Below, piece by piece: positions 43,473 through 53,700 of a stretch of DNA of 64,000 nucleotides (the stretch's first letter is position 1; the number at the start of each line of letters is the position of its first letter). The position numbers and the translations under genes were made by a program. Source of the DNA: Candidatus Pampinifervens sinense (GTDB lineage Bacteria > Aquificota > Aquificia > Aquificales > Aquificaceae); assembly GCA_037927135.1 (NCBI GenBank), contig JAXSPP010000004.1, forward strand, positions 1-64,000, written 5' to 3'. Below the pieces are notes generated by a model, which was given only the letters and a program-made list of their open reading frames with translations, had not been told where the DNA came from and made no database searches.

Positions 43473-44610
43473 CACATAGATTATAAACCACTTCCTTCAA
43501 GGCCTTATATGGGTTCTTTTCCTCCGTTTCCCATACGAAAACACCACCTTGGGTTAGAATGCCCTTTGCACTGGAAGAAAAGGGATGATGACCGCATACC
43601 ACCACAAGGAGGCCTTTGCTCTTTATCAGTTCTGATAAGGCTTCCTCTCCCTTTGGAAGGCTTGAAAGTCTCTCAGGAGATCCTCCAAAGACCAAAAGCT
43701 CCTTTGCCCTTTCAAAGGTGGGGCTAACTTCTCCCTTTTCATCCACAAGCACACCCACCCTAAGGCTATCTCCATCCACAGGTTCATAGTGTATAAACAC
43801 CATATCAAGCTCCTTTACTTCTTCCTTTAGCTTTTCTTCTATCTTATCCACCGTCTGGTGTATCTTTATAAAGTCTCTTCCTTCAAGCACAAGGATAATG
43901 TCTGCAAAAAGCCTTCCTCCAGAGCTCCTCACAAAGAGCCCTTTTATCTCCTTTACCTCTGGGAAGGAAAGAAGGACCTCCCTTATCCTCTCCAAGGTCT
44001 TTTCATCAGCCGATACGTCCAAAAGCACGGAAACTTCCTTCCAGAGTATGCCGAAGGCCGTATAACCTATTAACATGGCTACACAAAAAGCAAAATACCT
44101 ATCCAGCTGATAACCCATGGAAGCGCTAAGAAGGCTAAGAAGGACCAGGGAAGAGCCAAAGGCATCGGTAAGCGTATGGTAAGAGTCTGCTACAAGGGTT
44201 GGAGAGTTCAGCCTTTTTCCTGCCCTTCTTTCAAAAAAGGAAAGGGTAAGGGAGCTAACCAAGGAGAATAGGATGACCGCTAGACCTAAGCCCAAATACT
44301 CTTCTTTGATGATCACCTCTCTTCCCAGGGCCCTCTTGCCTATTTCATAAGCTGTAAGAAGGAGGAAGAAGGCTATGACTATGGAGCCAAGGTTTTCAAG
44401 CCTATAGAGGCCATAAGGAAACCTTTTGACTTTCTTATCTGAAAGCTTTATGGTGATGAAGGCTATCACAGAGGCAAAAGAGTCGGAAAGGGAGTGGAAT
44501 GCTTCACCTATCATGGAGAGGCTTCCTGTGAGCGTACCCGCCAAAAACTTCAATAGAGACTGTGTGAGGTTGAGGCTGAGGGATATAAGGGCCCAGTGGT
44601 GCTTTTTCAT
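43435..44610 (-). CDS. Cation diffusion facilitator with a C-terminal NifB/NifX-like extension
   Basis: HSLSD, FPYG..RLE, DSYHTLTD and IHYEP motifs; extra domain of about 110 aa (VSPTFERA...VVVCG...GVFVW). Confidence 0.88.
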   Translation of the reverse strand: MKKHHWALISLSLNLTQSLLKFLAGTLTGSLSMIGEAFHSLSDSFASVIAFITIKLSDKKVKRFPYGLYRLENLGSIVIAFFLLLTAYEIGKRALGREVIIKEEYLGLGLAVILFSLVSSLTLSFFERRAGKRLNSPTLVADSYHTLTDAFGSSLVLLSLLSASMGYQLDRYFAFCVAMLIGYTAFGILWKEVSVLLDVSADEKTLERIREVLLSFPEVKEIKGLFVRSSGGRLFADIILVLEGRDFIKIHQTVDKIEEKLKEEVKELDMVFIHYEPVDGDSLRVGVLVDEKGEVSPTFERAKELLVFGGSPERLSSLPKGEEALSELIKSKGLLVVVCGHHPFSSSAKGILTQGGVFVWETEEKNPYKALKEVVYNLCDVKDLDKKGKGN

Positions 44611-45548
44611 CGGTTAAAAGGCATCTTACAGCCCTGATAGCTTCCGCGCCTTTTCATCTCTTCAATTATGGCCTTTATCACCTCTTGTTTTTTTGCATAG
44701 GTGCAATAATCTGGGGCTATAAGCCTGTCCGGTTCTACTTCACCGGTAAGCCTATGTATGACCACGTTAGGAGGCAATATTTCCAGTATGTCCACTGCAT
44801 ACCTAGCATACTCTTCAAGGCTCAAGACCTCAAACTCTCCTCTGAGGTACTGTTCTGCCATTTTTGTGTTCTTTATTATGTGCAAAGGATGGATCTTTAC
44901 ACCATCTATGGGCAAGCTGGCAAGGAGCTTTCCAGTTTCTAGCATATCCTCCCTGTCCTCATAAGGCAGTCCAAGGATAATATGGGCGCACACTTTAAGG
45001 TTTCTCCTCTTGGTCCTTAGGACCGCATCCACAAAGTCCGATACACCATGGGCTCTGTTTATGAACCTCAAGGTCTTAAAGTTAGCACTTTGAAGGCCAT
45101 ACTCTACCCACACTTCAAGGCCTCTTTTTGTGTAGCTCTCAAGGAGGTCAAGGACCCATTCGGGTGCGCAGTCTGGCCTTGTACCCACATCTATGCCTAC
45201 AACCTCCTCAAACTCAAGGGCCGTATCATAAACAGACTTCAAGTATTCATACTCTCCATAGGTGTTGGAATAGGACTGATAGTATACGAAAAAGAGTATA
45301 TTTTTGCCATATCTGTCCTTTGCCCTCCTTATTCCCTTCTCTATCTGTTGCCTTAGTGGAATATGGGGTTCAAGATGGGCTGGCCTTGTGCCAGAAAAGC
45401 AATAGGTGCAACCACCCCTTGCCTTAGTGCCGTCTATGTTAGGGCAGGTAAAGGGTAAAGCTACTGTTATCTTCTGAACTCTCCTTCCATACTTCTCCTT
45501 AAGATAGTCCTTGAGAGAATAATAGGGCAGCTTTTCTGTGGCCAGCAT
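44607..45548 (-). CDS. Radical SAM protein, YhcC/TIGR01212 family
   Basis: FTCPNIDG...GGCTYC, TRPDC, EYGLQS, HIILGLP, GVKIH and IHRLTG motifs. Confidence 0.92.
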   Translation of the reverse strand: MLATEKLPYYSLKDYLKEKYGRRVQKITVALPFTCPNIDGTKARGGCTYCFSGTRPAHLEPHIPLRQQIEKGIRRAKDRYGKNILFFVYYQSYSNTYGEYEYLKSVYDTALEFEEVVGIDVGTRPDCAPEWVLDLLESYTKRGLEVWVEYGLQSANFKTLRFINRAHGVSDFVDAVLRTKRRNLKVCAHIILGLPYEDREDMLETGKLLASLPIDGVKIHPLHIIKNTKMAEQYLRGEFEVLSLEEYARYAVDILEILPPNVVIHRLTGEVEPDRLIAPDYCTYAKKQEVIKAIIEEMKRRGSYQGCKMPFNR

Positions 45549-45606
45549 GGTTATAAATTTATTTACCCTTCCTCTTAGTTGCAATATATTATAATATTTA
45601 GCCTTA

Positions 45607-45679
45607 AGGCGCGTAGCTCAGATGGCAGAGCGCCGCCCTTACAAGGCGGAGGTCGGCGGTTCGAGTCCGCCCGTGCCTA
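45607..45679 (+). tRNA. tRNA-Val(TAC)
   Basis: Cloverleaf with CTTACAA anticodon loop; no encoded CCA. Confidence 0.96.
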
Positions 45680-45701
45680 TGTGATATAATTTTTATTAAT
45701 A

Positions 45702-45773
45702 GCTGGCGTAGCTCAGTGGTAGAGCGCGGGATTTGTAATCCCGCGGTCGTGGGTTCGACCCCCACCGCCAGCT
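45702..45773 (+). tRNA. tRNA-Thr(TGT)
   Basis: Cloverleaf with TTTGTAA anticodon loop; no encoded CCA. Confidence 0.96.
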
Positions 45774-45781
45774 TTAAGGCA

Positions 45782-45869
45782 GGAGGGGTGGCCGAGTGGC
45801 CAAAGGCAGGGGACTGTAAATCCCCCGGGCTTCCGCCCTGCGCAGGTTCGAATCCTGCCCCCTCCACCA
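45782..45869 (+). tRNA. tRNA-Tyr(GTA)
   Basis: CTGTAAA anticodon loop, long variable arm; CCA encoded. Confidence 0.96.
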
Positions 45870-45941
45870 GCGGGCGTAGCTCAGTGGTAGAGCAGCTGCC
45901 TTCCAAGCAGCAGGTCGCGGGTTCGAGTCCCGTCGCCCGCT
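45870..45941 (+). tRNA. tRNA-Gly(TCC)
   Basis: CTTCCAA anticodon loop; starts immediately after the tRNA-Tyr CCA; no encoded CCA. Confidence 0.96.
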
Positions 45942-45963
45942 CTTAAAATTGATGCTTAAAACA

Positions 45964-46036
45964 GCCCAGGTAGCTCAGGAGGCAGAGCACACCCTTGGTA
46001 AGGGTGAGGTCGCCGGTTCAAGTCCGGTCCTGGGCT
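45964..46036 (+). tRNA. tRNA-Thr(GGT)
   Basis: TTGGTAA anticodon loop; no encoded CCA. Confidence 0.96.
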
Positions 46037-46039
46037 TAA

Positions 46040-47201
46040 TAAGGAGGTAAGCGATGGCGAAGGAAAAGTTTGTGAGAGAAAAGGAGCATGTGAACGTAGG
46101 AACCATAGGGCACGTAGACCATGGCAAATCTACCCTTACATCAGCCATTACATGCGTGCTTGCAGCTGGGCTAATGCCTGGCGGTAAGGCAAGGTGCACC
46201 AAGTATGAGGAGATAGACAAGGCACCGGAAGAGAGGGAAAGGGGAATAACCATAAACATCACCCACGTGGAGTATGAGACACCCAAGAGGCACTATGCCC
46301 ATGTGGACTGTCCTGGGCATGCGGACTACATAAAGAACATGATTACTGGTGCTGCTCAGATGGATGGTGCCATACTGGTGGTATCTGCTGCTGATGGGCC
46401 GATGCCACAGACGAGGGAACATGTGCTTTTGGCAAGGCAGGTGAACGTACCATACATAGTGGTATTTTTGAACAAGTGTGATATGGTAGATGATCCTGAA
46501 CTTTTAGATCTTGTGGAGCTTGAGGTGAGGGAGTTATTAAACAAGTATGAGTTTCCTGGAGATGAGGTGCCAGTGATAAGGGGTTCAGCTTTAGGGGCGT
46601 TGCAGGAGCTTGAGGCTGGCAAGCCTGACAAGTGGTGTCAATCAATAGTGAAGCTATTGGAGGCCATAGACGAGTACATACCCACACCGCAGAGGGAAGC
46701 GGACAAGCCATTTTTGATGCCTATAGAGGACGTGTTTTCCATATCTGGGCGTGGAACGGTTGTGACAGGGAGGGTAGAGAGGGGTACATTAAAGCCTGGA
46801 GAGGAGGTAGAGGTAGTAGGGCTAAGGGAGGAGCCCATAAGGACAGTGGCCACATCAATAGAGATGTTTAGGAAGGTGTTGGATGAGGCATTACCTGGGG
46901 ATAACATAGGAGTGTTGCTTAGGGGGTTGGGTAAGGATGATGTGGAGAGGGGGCAAGTGTTGGCGAAGCCTGGAACGGTGAAGGCACACAGGAGGTTCAA
47001 GGCACAGGTGTATGTGCTAACCAAGGAGGAAGGAGGAAGGCATACACCATTTTTTGTGAACTACAGGCCACAGTTTTACTTTAGGACGGCGGATGTGACT
47101 GGTACTGTGGTGAAGTTGCCTGAGGGACAAGAGATGGTGATGCCTGGGGACAATGTGGAGCTTGAGGTAGAACTTGTCAAGCCTGTGGCTATGGAGGAAG
47201 G
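46040..47201 (+). repeat. Near-identical direct repeat of 62839-64000 (duplicated tuf including its SD)
   Basis: Offset 16799 bp; the only difference seen by eye is a synonymous GAA/GAG at codon 4. Confidence 0.95.
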
Positions 47202-47271
47202 GCTAAGGTTTGCCATAAGGGAAGGTGGAAAGACTGTTGGAGCGGGTGTAGTCACAAAAATTATTGAGTGA
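46054..47271 (+). CDS. tuf: Elongation factor Tu (copy 1)
   Basis: [25 protein letters not shown] and FAIREGG motifs. Confidence 0.99.
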   Translation: MAKEKFVREKEHVNVGTIGHVDHGKSTLTSAITCVLAAGLMPGGKARCTKYEEIDKAPEERERGITINITHVEYETPKRHYAHVDCPGHADYIKNMITGAAQMDGAILVVSAADGPMPQTREHVLLARQVNVPYIVVFLNKCDMVDDPELLDLVELEVRELLNKYEFPGDEVPVIRGSALGALQELEAGKPDKWCQSIVKLLEAIDEYIPTPQREADKPFLMPIEDVFSISGRGTVVTGRVERGTLKPGEEVEVVGLREEPIRTVATSIEMFRKVLDEALPGDNIGVLLRGLGKDDVERGQVLAKPGTVKAHRRFKAQVYVLTKEEGGRHTPFFVNYRPQFYFRTADVTGTVVKLPEGQEMVMPGDNVELEVELVKPVAMEEGLRFAIREGGKTVGAGVVTKIIE

Positions 47272-47281
47272 GGTGTAAAGG

Positions 47282-47440
47282 ATGGCTGCGGTGAGAGAGG
47301 TAATAGTATTGGCATGCACAGAATGCAAAAGGAGGAACTACTCTACCACTAAGAATAAGCAGAAGCATCCTCAAAGGCTGGAGCTCAGAAAGTATTGCAA
47401 ATGGTGTAAAAAGCATACTATACATAGAGAGGTAAAGTAG
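47282..47440 (+). CDS. rpmG: 50S ribosomal protein L33 (zinc-binding type); not in the ORF track
   Basis: Hand translation [60 protein letters not shown]. Confidence 0.96.
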   Translation: MAAVREVIVLACTECKRRNYSTTKNKQKHPQRLELRKYCKWCKKHTIHREVK

Positions 47441-47512
47441 GGGCGCTAGCTCAATTGGCAGAGCGCGGGACTCCAAATCCCGCGGGTGGGGGTTCGAGTC
47501 CTCCGCGCCCCG
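47440..47512 (+). tRNA. tRNA-Trp(CCA)
   Basis: GGGGCGC/GCGCCCC acceptor stem, CTCCAAA anticodon loop; G1 is the final G of the rpmG TAG; no encoded CCA. Confidence 0.95.
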
Positions 47513-47528
47513 CAGGAAAGGTTTTAGC

Positions 47529-47720
47529 ATGGACAGGATAAAGGAGTTTCTAAAAAGCTTGAAAAAGGAGATTGATAGGGTTTCTTGGCCTCAAAGGGAT
47601 TTGGTTGTAAAAGCCACAATTAGTGTTATAATATTTTCTTTAGCTTTAGGTGTAGGTTTGTGGATCTTTGACCTTATATTTACTAGGGTGGTGCACTTTT
47701 TACTTTCTTTGAGGGGCTGA
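47529..47720 (+). CDS. secE: Preprotein translocase subunit SecE
   Basis: EIDRVSWP motif plus one TM segment; located between tRNA-Trp and nusG. Confidence 0.93.
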   Translation: MDRIKEFLKSLKKEIDRVSWPQRDLVVKATISVIIFSLALGVGLWIFDLIFTRVVHFLLSLRG

Positions 47721-47722
47721 TT

Positions 47723-48448
47723 ATGGAGGAGTTTAAGTGGTATGCCTTGCAGGTTGAGGCTGGAAAGGAGGCTACAGCAAAGGAGAACCTTTTGAAGGTT
47801 TTAGAGCTTGAAGGCTTATCTGATCAAGTGGAAGAGGTGGTGGTTCCAGCGGAGGAAAAGGTGGTTATAAAGACTATGGGAAAGGAGAAGTATAGGCTAT
47901 CTTTGCGTGGAAACAACAGGGATATAAGCGTGCTTGGTAAAAAGGGTGTGACCACCTTTAGGATAGAGAACGGTGAGGTGAGGGTGATAGAGAGTGTAGA
48001 GGGAGACTTGTGTGTTGAAGCTCCACCCATATCAAAGCCCGGTCAGAAGATAACCTGTAAGGAGAATAAGACGGAGGCAAAGATAATACTTGAGTCTAAG
48101 ATGTTTCCAGGTTATCTGTTGATAAAGGCTAAGATGAGCGATGCCCTTTTGCGTGCTATAGAGAAGACTCCCCACGTATACAGGCCCGTTTTGGTAGGCG
48201 GTAAAGTGGCCCCCCTTGATGAAAAGGAAGTGGAAAGGATAATAGCCTTTGTAAAGAAGGGTGTGAAACCTGTAAGGGTTCTCTTTGAGAAGGGTGATCA
48301 GGTTAGGGTGATAGAGGGTCCCTTTATGAACTTTACTGGCACGGTGGAAGAGGTCTATCCTGAAAAGGAAAAGGTTGTTGTTCTTGTAAGCATATTTGGA
48401 AGGCTCACCCCCGTAGAGTTAGACTATTCTCAAGTAGAAAAGCTTTAA
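47723..48448 (+). CDS. nusG: Transcription factor NusG with an inserted domain
   Basis: KWYALQV, MFPGYLL, KOW motif [18 protein letters not shown]. Confidence 0.97.
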   Translation: MEEFKWYALQVEAGKEATAKENLLKVLELEGLSDQVEEVVVPAEEKVVIKTMGKEKYRLSLRGNNRDISVLGKKGVTTFRIENGEVRVIESVEGDLCVEAPPISKPGQKITCKENKTEAKIILESKMFPGYLLIKAKMSDALLRAIEKTPHVYRPVLVGGKVAPLDEKEVERIIAFVKKGVKPVRVLFEKGDQVRVIEGPFMNFTGTVEEVYPEKEKVVVLVSIFGRLTPVELDYSQVEKL

Positions 48449-48461
48449 AGGAGGAGTTAGA

Positions 48462-48896
48462 ATGAAAAAGGTGACAGCGGTTGTGGAGCTTATGTTGCCA
48501 GCACAGCAGGCAACACCCGCTCCACCGGTAGGACCTGCCCTTGGACAGCATGGTGTAAACATTATGGAGTTTGTAAAACAGTTTAACGCAGCAAGCAAGG
48601 ACTATGAGCCTGGTACCATACTTCCCGTAGTGATAACCATCTATCAGGATAGAAGCTTTAGCTTTGTATTGAAAACACCACCCGTTTCCTACCTTTTGAA
48701 GAAGGCTGCAAAGGTGCAAAAGGGTTCCTCCGACCCTAAGAAGCAGAAGGTGGGCAAGGTTACCCTACAGCAGGTGGAAGAAATTGCTAAAATAAAACTA
48801 AAGGATATGAACACAAAGGATCTGAAGGCTGCCATAAGGCAGATAATAGGAACGGCTAAAAGTATGGGAATAGAAGTAGAAGGATGGAAGGAGTAG
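48462..48896 (+). CDS. rplK: 50S ribosomal protein L11
   Basis: [21 protein letters not shown] and GTAKSMG motifs. Confidence 0.98.
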   Translation: MKKVTAVVELMLPAQQATPAPPVGPALGQHGVNIMEFVKQFNAASKDYEPGTILPVVITIYQDRSFSFVLKTPPVSYLLKKAAKVQKGSSDPKKQKVGKVTLQQVEEIAKIKLKDMNTKDLKAAIRQIIGTAKSMGIEVEGWKE

Positions 48897-48900
48897 AGCC

Positions 48901-49626
48901 ATGACTAGAGGCAAAAGGTATAAAAAGTGTTTAGAGTTGTACGATAGGAACGCATTATACTCGGTGGACAGTGCGGTAGAGATACTCAAAAGGTTTCAGC
49001 AGGAGTGTGGTACAAAGTTTGATCAGACGGTAGAGCTTGCTATGAGGCTTGGTGTAGACCCTAAGTATGCTGACCAGATGGTAAGGGGATCTGTGGTCCT
49101 CCCTCATGGCCTTGGAAAGGAGATAAAAGTGCTTGTGCTCGCAGAGGGTGAATACCAAAAGATAGCAAAAGAGGCTGGTGCGGACTATGTGGGTGGTGAA
49201 GAGCTTATAAACAAGATAGCCAAGGAAGAATGGGTGGATTACGATGTGGTGATAGCCACACCGGAGATAATGCCAAAGGTGGCAAAGCTTGGTAAGATAC
49301 TTGGTCCAAAGGGTCTTATGCCAAACCCAAAAACAGGAACGGTGACCACAAACCTAAAGCAGGCCATAGAGGAGGCTAAGAAGGGAAGGGTGGAGTTCAG
49401 GGTAGACAAGACGGGAAATGTGCATATGCCTGTGGGTAAGATATCCTTTGAAAACCAAAAGCTAATTGAGAACATATATACTGCCATAGATGCGGTGGTA
49501 AAGGCAAAGCCTCCAGGTGCTAAGGGACAGTATGTAAAAAGCATAAGCCTTAGCCTTACTATGAGCCCTTCCGTTAAGATAGATGTGGCTTCCACTCTTA
49601 GAAAGCTTCAAGAGTTGGTAGCTTAG
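48901..49626 (+). CDS. rplA: 50S ribosomal protein L1
   Basis: KFDQTVE, DQMVRG and [16 protein letters not shown] motifs. Confidence 0.98.
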   Translation: MTRGKRYKKCLELYDRNALYSVDSAVEILKRFQQECGTKFDQTVELAMRLGVDPKYADQMVRGSVVLPHGLGKEIKVLVLAEGEYQKIAKEAGADYVGGEELINKIAKEEWVDYDVVIATPEIMPKVAKLGKILGPKGLMPNPKTGTVTTNLKQAIEEAKKGRVEFRVDKTGNVHMPVGKISFENQKLIENIYTAIDAVVKAKPPGAKGQYVKSISLSLTMSPSVKIDVASTLRKLQELVA

Positions 49627-49638
49627 GAGGATGAGCCT

Positions 49639-50172
49639 ATGAGGAAGAGTTTAGAGCTGAAGGCCAAATTGGTAGAGTCATACAAGGAGAGGATAAATAG
49701 GTCCAATCTGGTCATATTCTTTGACTTTACCGGCATTGATGCACCATCAATAACCAAGCTAAGGGCGGATGTGAAGGATGTGGGTGGTGAGATGCTGGTT
49801 GGCAAAAACTCCCTCTTCTACAGAGCCTTTATGGATACGGTGATGGCTGATCACAGGGAGGTGCTCACTGGTCCCACCGCTCTATTCTTCGCCTACGAGG
49901 ACCCTGTAAAGGTGGCCAAAGTGGTCTTTGATTTTATAAAGGAACTGGACAAGGAAAACTATCTGGCGAGAATAAAAGGCGGTTTTATGCAGGGAAGGTT
50001 CTTAAAGCCTAAAGAAGTGCAGGCCATAGCAGAACTTCCACCCAGAGAAGTCCTCATCTCCAAGCTTATGGGAGCAATACAAGGTCCCATATATGCCCTT
50101 GTTATGGCCCTCAAGTCTGCACCTCAAAAGCTTGTGCTTACATTAAAGGCCATTGAAGAAAAGAAATCTTAA
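49639..50172 (+). CDS. rplJ: 50S ribosomal protein L10
   Basis: KNSL, LTGPTA and LPPREVL motifs; synteny. Confidence 0.95.
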   Translation: MRKSLELKAKLVESYKERINRSNLVIFFDFTGIDAPSITKLRADVKDVGGEMLVGKNSLFYRAFMDTVMADHREVLTGPTALFFAYEDPVKVAKVVFDFIKELDKENYLARIKGGFMQGRFLKPKEVQAIAELPPREVLISKLMGAIQGPIYALVMALKSAPQKLVLTLKAIEEKKS

Positions 50173-50187
50173 TAAGGAGGTATAAAG

Positions 50188-50580
50188 ATGGCAACACTTA
50201 CCGTTGACGAAATCGTAGAGGCTATAGGCAACCTTACCCTTCTAGAGGTTGCCGAACTTGTAAAGAAGCTTGAGGAGAAGTTTGGAGTTTCTGCTACTAT
50301 GGTAGCTGCAGCTCCTGCCGTGGCTGTAGCTGGAGCACCAGCCGCCGGAGCACCCGCCGCTGAAGAGAAGACGGAGTTTGATGTGATACTCAAATCCGCC
50401 GGAGCCAACAAGATTAACGTGATAAAGGTGGTAAGGGAGATCACAGGGCTTGGACTGAAGGAAGCCAAGGATCTTGTGGAGAGCGCACCAAAGCCTGTGA
50501 AGGAAGGGGTTTCCAAAGAGGAGGCAGAGAAGATAGCGGCCAAGCTAAGGGAGGCAGGAGCAGAGGTGGAGATAAAGTAA
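50188..50580 (+). CDS. rplL: 50S ribosomal protein L7/L12
   Basis: EEKFGVSA, Ala-rich hinge, EEKTEFDV and [13 protein letters not shown] motifs. Confidence 0.98.
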   Translation: MATLTVDEIVEAIGNLTLLEVAELVKKLEEKFGVSATMVAAAPAVAVAGAPAAGAPAAEEKTEFDVILKSAGANKINVIKVVREITGLGLKEAKDLVESAPKPVKEGVSKEEAEKIAAKLREAGAEVEIK

Positions 50581-50615
50581 GTAAAGATATTATGCTCGTT
50601 GAGCTGGAAAGAGAG

Positions 50616-50649
50616 AACCCTCTGCGGAAGCAGGGGGTTTTTCTTTTTT
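50616..50649 (+). terminator. Intrinsic terminator after rplL
   Basis: AACCCTCTGC-GGAA-GCAGGGGGTT hairpin (GNRA loop) followed by a T-rich tract. Confidence 0.8.
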
Positions 50650-50656
50650 ATTGACC

Positions 50657-50685
50657 TTGACATGCAACAAAGTATGATTTATAAT
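50657..50685 (+). promoter_or_regulatory. Consensus sigma-70 promoter for rpoBC
   Basis: TTGACA-17 nt-TATAAT, 34 nt upstream of the rpoB ATG. Confidence 0.85.
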
Positions 50686-50719
50686 AAAAAGCTTACACCA
50701 CCGATGAGAGGGTTCTGAC

Positions 50720-53700
50720 ATGAGGAGAAGCAACGTTGCACTACCAAGGAAGTTTTTTGGTAAAAGGGAGGAGTTTATAAGCCCACCTTACCTTCTCTTT
50801 CTTCCAAAGGAATCCTTTGAATCCTTCATACAGTTTTATGTGAAGCCTCAAGAAAGGGAAAAGAAGGGATTGGAGTACGTATTTTCAACCTCTTTTCCTT
50901 TTAAGGACCCCGATGAAAAGATAATTTTGGAGTATTTAGGATACGAAGTGGGTGATTGGGAATGTAGCAAATGTGGTTATAAAGCCTATACGGACCCTGG
51001 CTTTTTGGGTGGTTATGGTGTGGAATGTCCAAAGTGTGGCACGCCTTTAGTTCACAAAGAAAAATACACAGAGGATGAGTGTAAATTGAAGGGCTTTACC
51101 TATGCAGTCCCATTAAGGGTGATGGTGAGACTAAGGACAAAAACGAAGAAGGGAGAGAGGGTGAGCGAACCCAGAAAGGTCTATTTTGGCGAGATTCCTA
51201 TGATGACAAAGACTGGATCCTTCATTATAAACGGGAGCGAGAGGGTGGTGGTAAACCAGCTTATAAGGTCTCCAGGTGTCTTCTTTGAAGAAAAGGAGGA
51301 GCGCCAAAAGGAGACAACCATTATAAGGATGATCTATAGGGCCAGCATTATCCCCGACAAGGGTCCAAGGGTAGAATTTGAGCTCTCTAGCACAACCGAT
51401 GTGCTTTCAACGAGGATAGACAAAAGAAAAGTAGGATCTACATCCATTCTTAGAGCCCTAGGCCTAGAGACGGCTTATCATATCCTAAAGAACTTCTACC
51501 CGGATACAAGGGCCTTCTTTGTTCAAGATGGTGCTATCTTTGATAAAGAAACAGGAGAGGAGTATAGACTTGAAGACCTTGAAAACTTCTATCTTTTTGC
51601 CATACTGCGCTACAGGGCTAAGATAGAGGAGAGGGGTGTGGAAGAGGAGATCATTGAGGAGAGGTATATAGAGGAGATAGACCATTTAGAGAGGCTGTTA
51701 AAGGATGATAGGATAAGGGTTGAACTTATATCTGCTGTACCAAGAGAAAGCGCCGTCAAAAGCCCCTATGGAAAGATAATGATAGAAACTCTAATATCGG
51801 AGACTGCTCCAAGGGACCAAGATAAGAAGAGCCCGCTTAAGATACCGGCAAGGTTCAGCCTTAGGGATTATGCCCTTGTGGATATATACAAGAGGTTAAG
51901 GGCTGTAGAGCCCATGATCATGGAGCTTGAGCACCTTATAAACAGGGCAAGGGCGCACTTTGACCTCTACTTTAGGGATATCACTAGGTATGACCTGTCC
52001 AAGGTGGGTAGGGTAAAGCTCAATGCGAAGGTCCACAGGATTCCAAAGGAACTAAAGCCTTCCGACCTTGACAGATTCTCCCAGCTTCCACCCTTGGCCC
52101 TTGCGGAGGATGTGGATGGTTATAAGGCTGGCACCTTACTTACAAAGGAAATGCTCTCTGAAATATTCAAGAGTAAGGAGAACATTAAAGTTAAGGATTA
52201 CACAGAAGGTGAAGCTAGGTTTTTGAGCGCCCTTGACCTTGTGAACACCATAAAGTACCTCATAAACCTAAGGTATGGAAGGGAGAAGAAGGATGATATT
52301 GCCTACCTTGGCAACAGAAGGGTTAGGGCTGTGGGAGAGCTCCTGGAAAACCAGGTTAGGGTAGGCATAGCTAAGATGGAGAAGTTCTTTAGAGACAGGT
52401 GCACTGTGGCCAATCCAGAAGACCCCAACCTTAAGCCTCAGGACCTTCTTAACCCAAGGTATTTAACAGGAGCCATATATGAGTTCCTAAAGGGTGGCAC
52501 CCTCTCCCAATACCTTGACAACACCAACCCGCTCTCTTCTTTAACACACAAAAGAAGGCTTTCTGCCCTCGGCCCTGGTGGTCTGACCAGAGAAAGCGCC
52601 AAGTTTGAAATAAGGGACGTGCATCCTTCCCACTACGGAAGGATATGTCCTATAGAGACACCGGAAGGTCAGAATATAGGCCTTGTGACCTCCCTTACCG
52701 TATACGCTCAAACTAACGAGTATGGCTTTATAGTGACCCCCTACAGAAGGGTGGAAAATGGCAGGGTGACGGACAAGGTAGAATACTTGGCTGCCTACGA
52801 AGAAGAAAATTATGTGATAGCTCAGTATACACCTACAGATGAGGAAGGTAGGATACTTAGCGATAGGGTCTATGCTAGGTATAAGAACGATATACAGATA
52901 GTGAGGGCTGAGCAGGTCCATTACATGGATGTCTCTCCAAGACAGGTAATATCCGTGTCCGCCTCCCTCATACCTTTCCTTGAGCATGATGATGCCAACA
53001 GGGCCTTGATGGGTTCCAACATGCAAAGACAGGCTGTTCCCCTCATCTTCACCTCCTCACCCCTAATAGGAACAGGTATGGAGAGAAAGGTGGCCTACGA
53101 TAGCGGTGCGGTAGTTGCGGCCAAAAGGGGAGGTGTGGTAGAGGAAGTGGATTCAAGAAGGATAATAATAAGGGTAAATCCTGAGGAGATAAACCTGGCC
53201 GATCCTACAGATATAGGCATTGATGTATATGAACTCAAAAAGTTTGAAAGGTCTAACCAGAACACCTGTATAAATCAAAGACCCCTTGTGGTAAAGGGAC
53301 AGAAGGTGAAAAAGGGTGAGCTAATAGCCGACGGACAGTCTACCGATAGGGGTGAGCTGGCCTTAGGAAAGGATGTGCTTGTGGCCTTTATGCCATGGAG
53401 GGGCTACAACTTTGAGGATGCTATAGTCATATCAGAAAGGCTTGTGAAGGATGATGTTTACACTTCCATACACATTGAAGAGCTGGAAGTGGAGGCAAGG
53501 GAGACAAGGATAGGAAACGAGGAGATCACCAGACAGATCCCTGGTGTGCCAGAAAGGGCCTTGGCTCACCTGGACGAGTTCGGTATTGTAAAGATAGGTA
53601 CCTATGTAAAGCCCGGAGACATTCTGGTAGGAAAAGTAACTCCTAAGGGAGAGGCCCAGCTCACTCCAGAGGAGAAGCTCCTCCAGGCTATCTTCGGTGA

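Noticed and set aside
45604-45946. ORFs overlapping the tRNA cluster
   Set aside because: Translations of tRNA genes, not proteins
47820-48090. Insertion in NusG as a novelty
   Set aside because: An inserted domain is already known from Aquifex and Thermotoga NusG
50590-50650. GGAAGCAG hairpin as a possible SRP (4.5S) RNA
   Set aside because: It lacks the CAGG...GGAA...AGCAG internal-loop architecture and a long stem; it fits an intrinsic terminator
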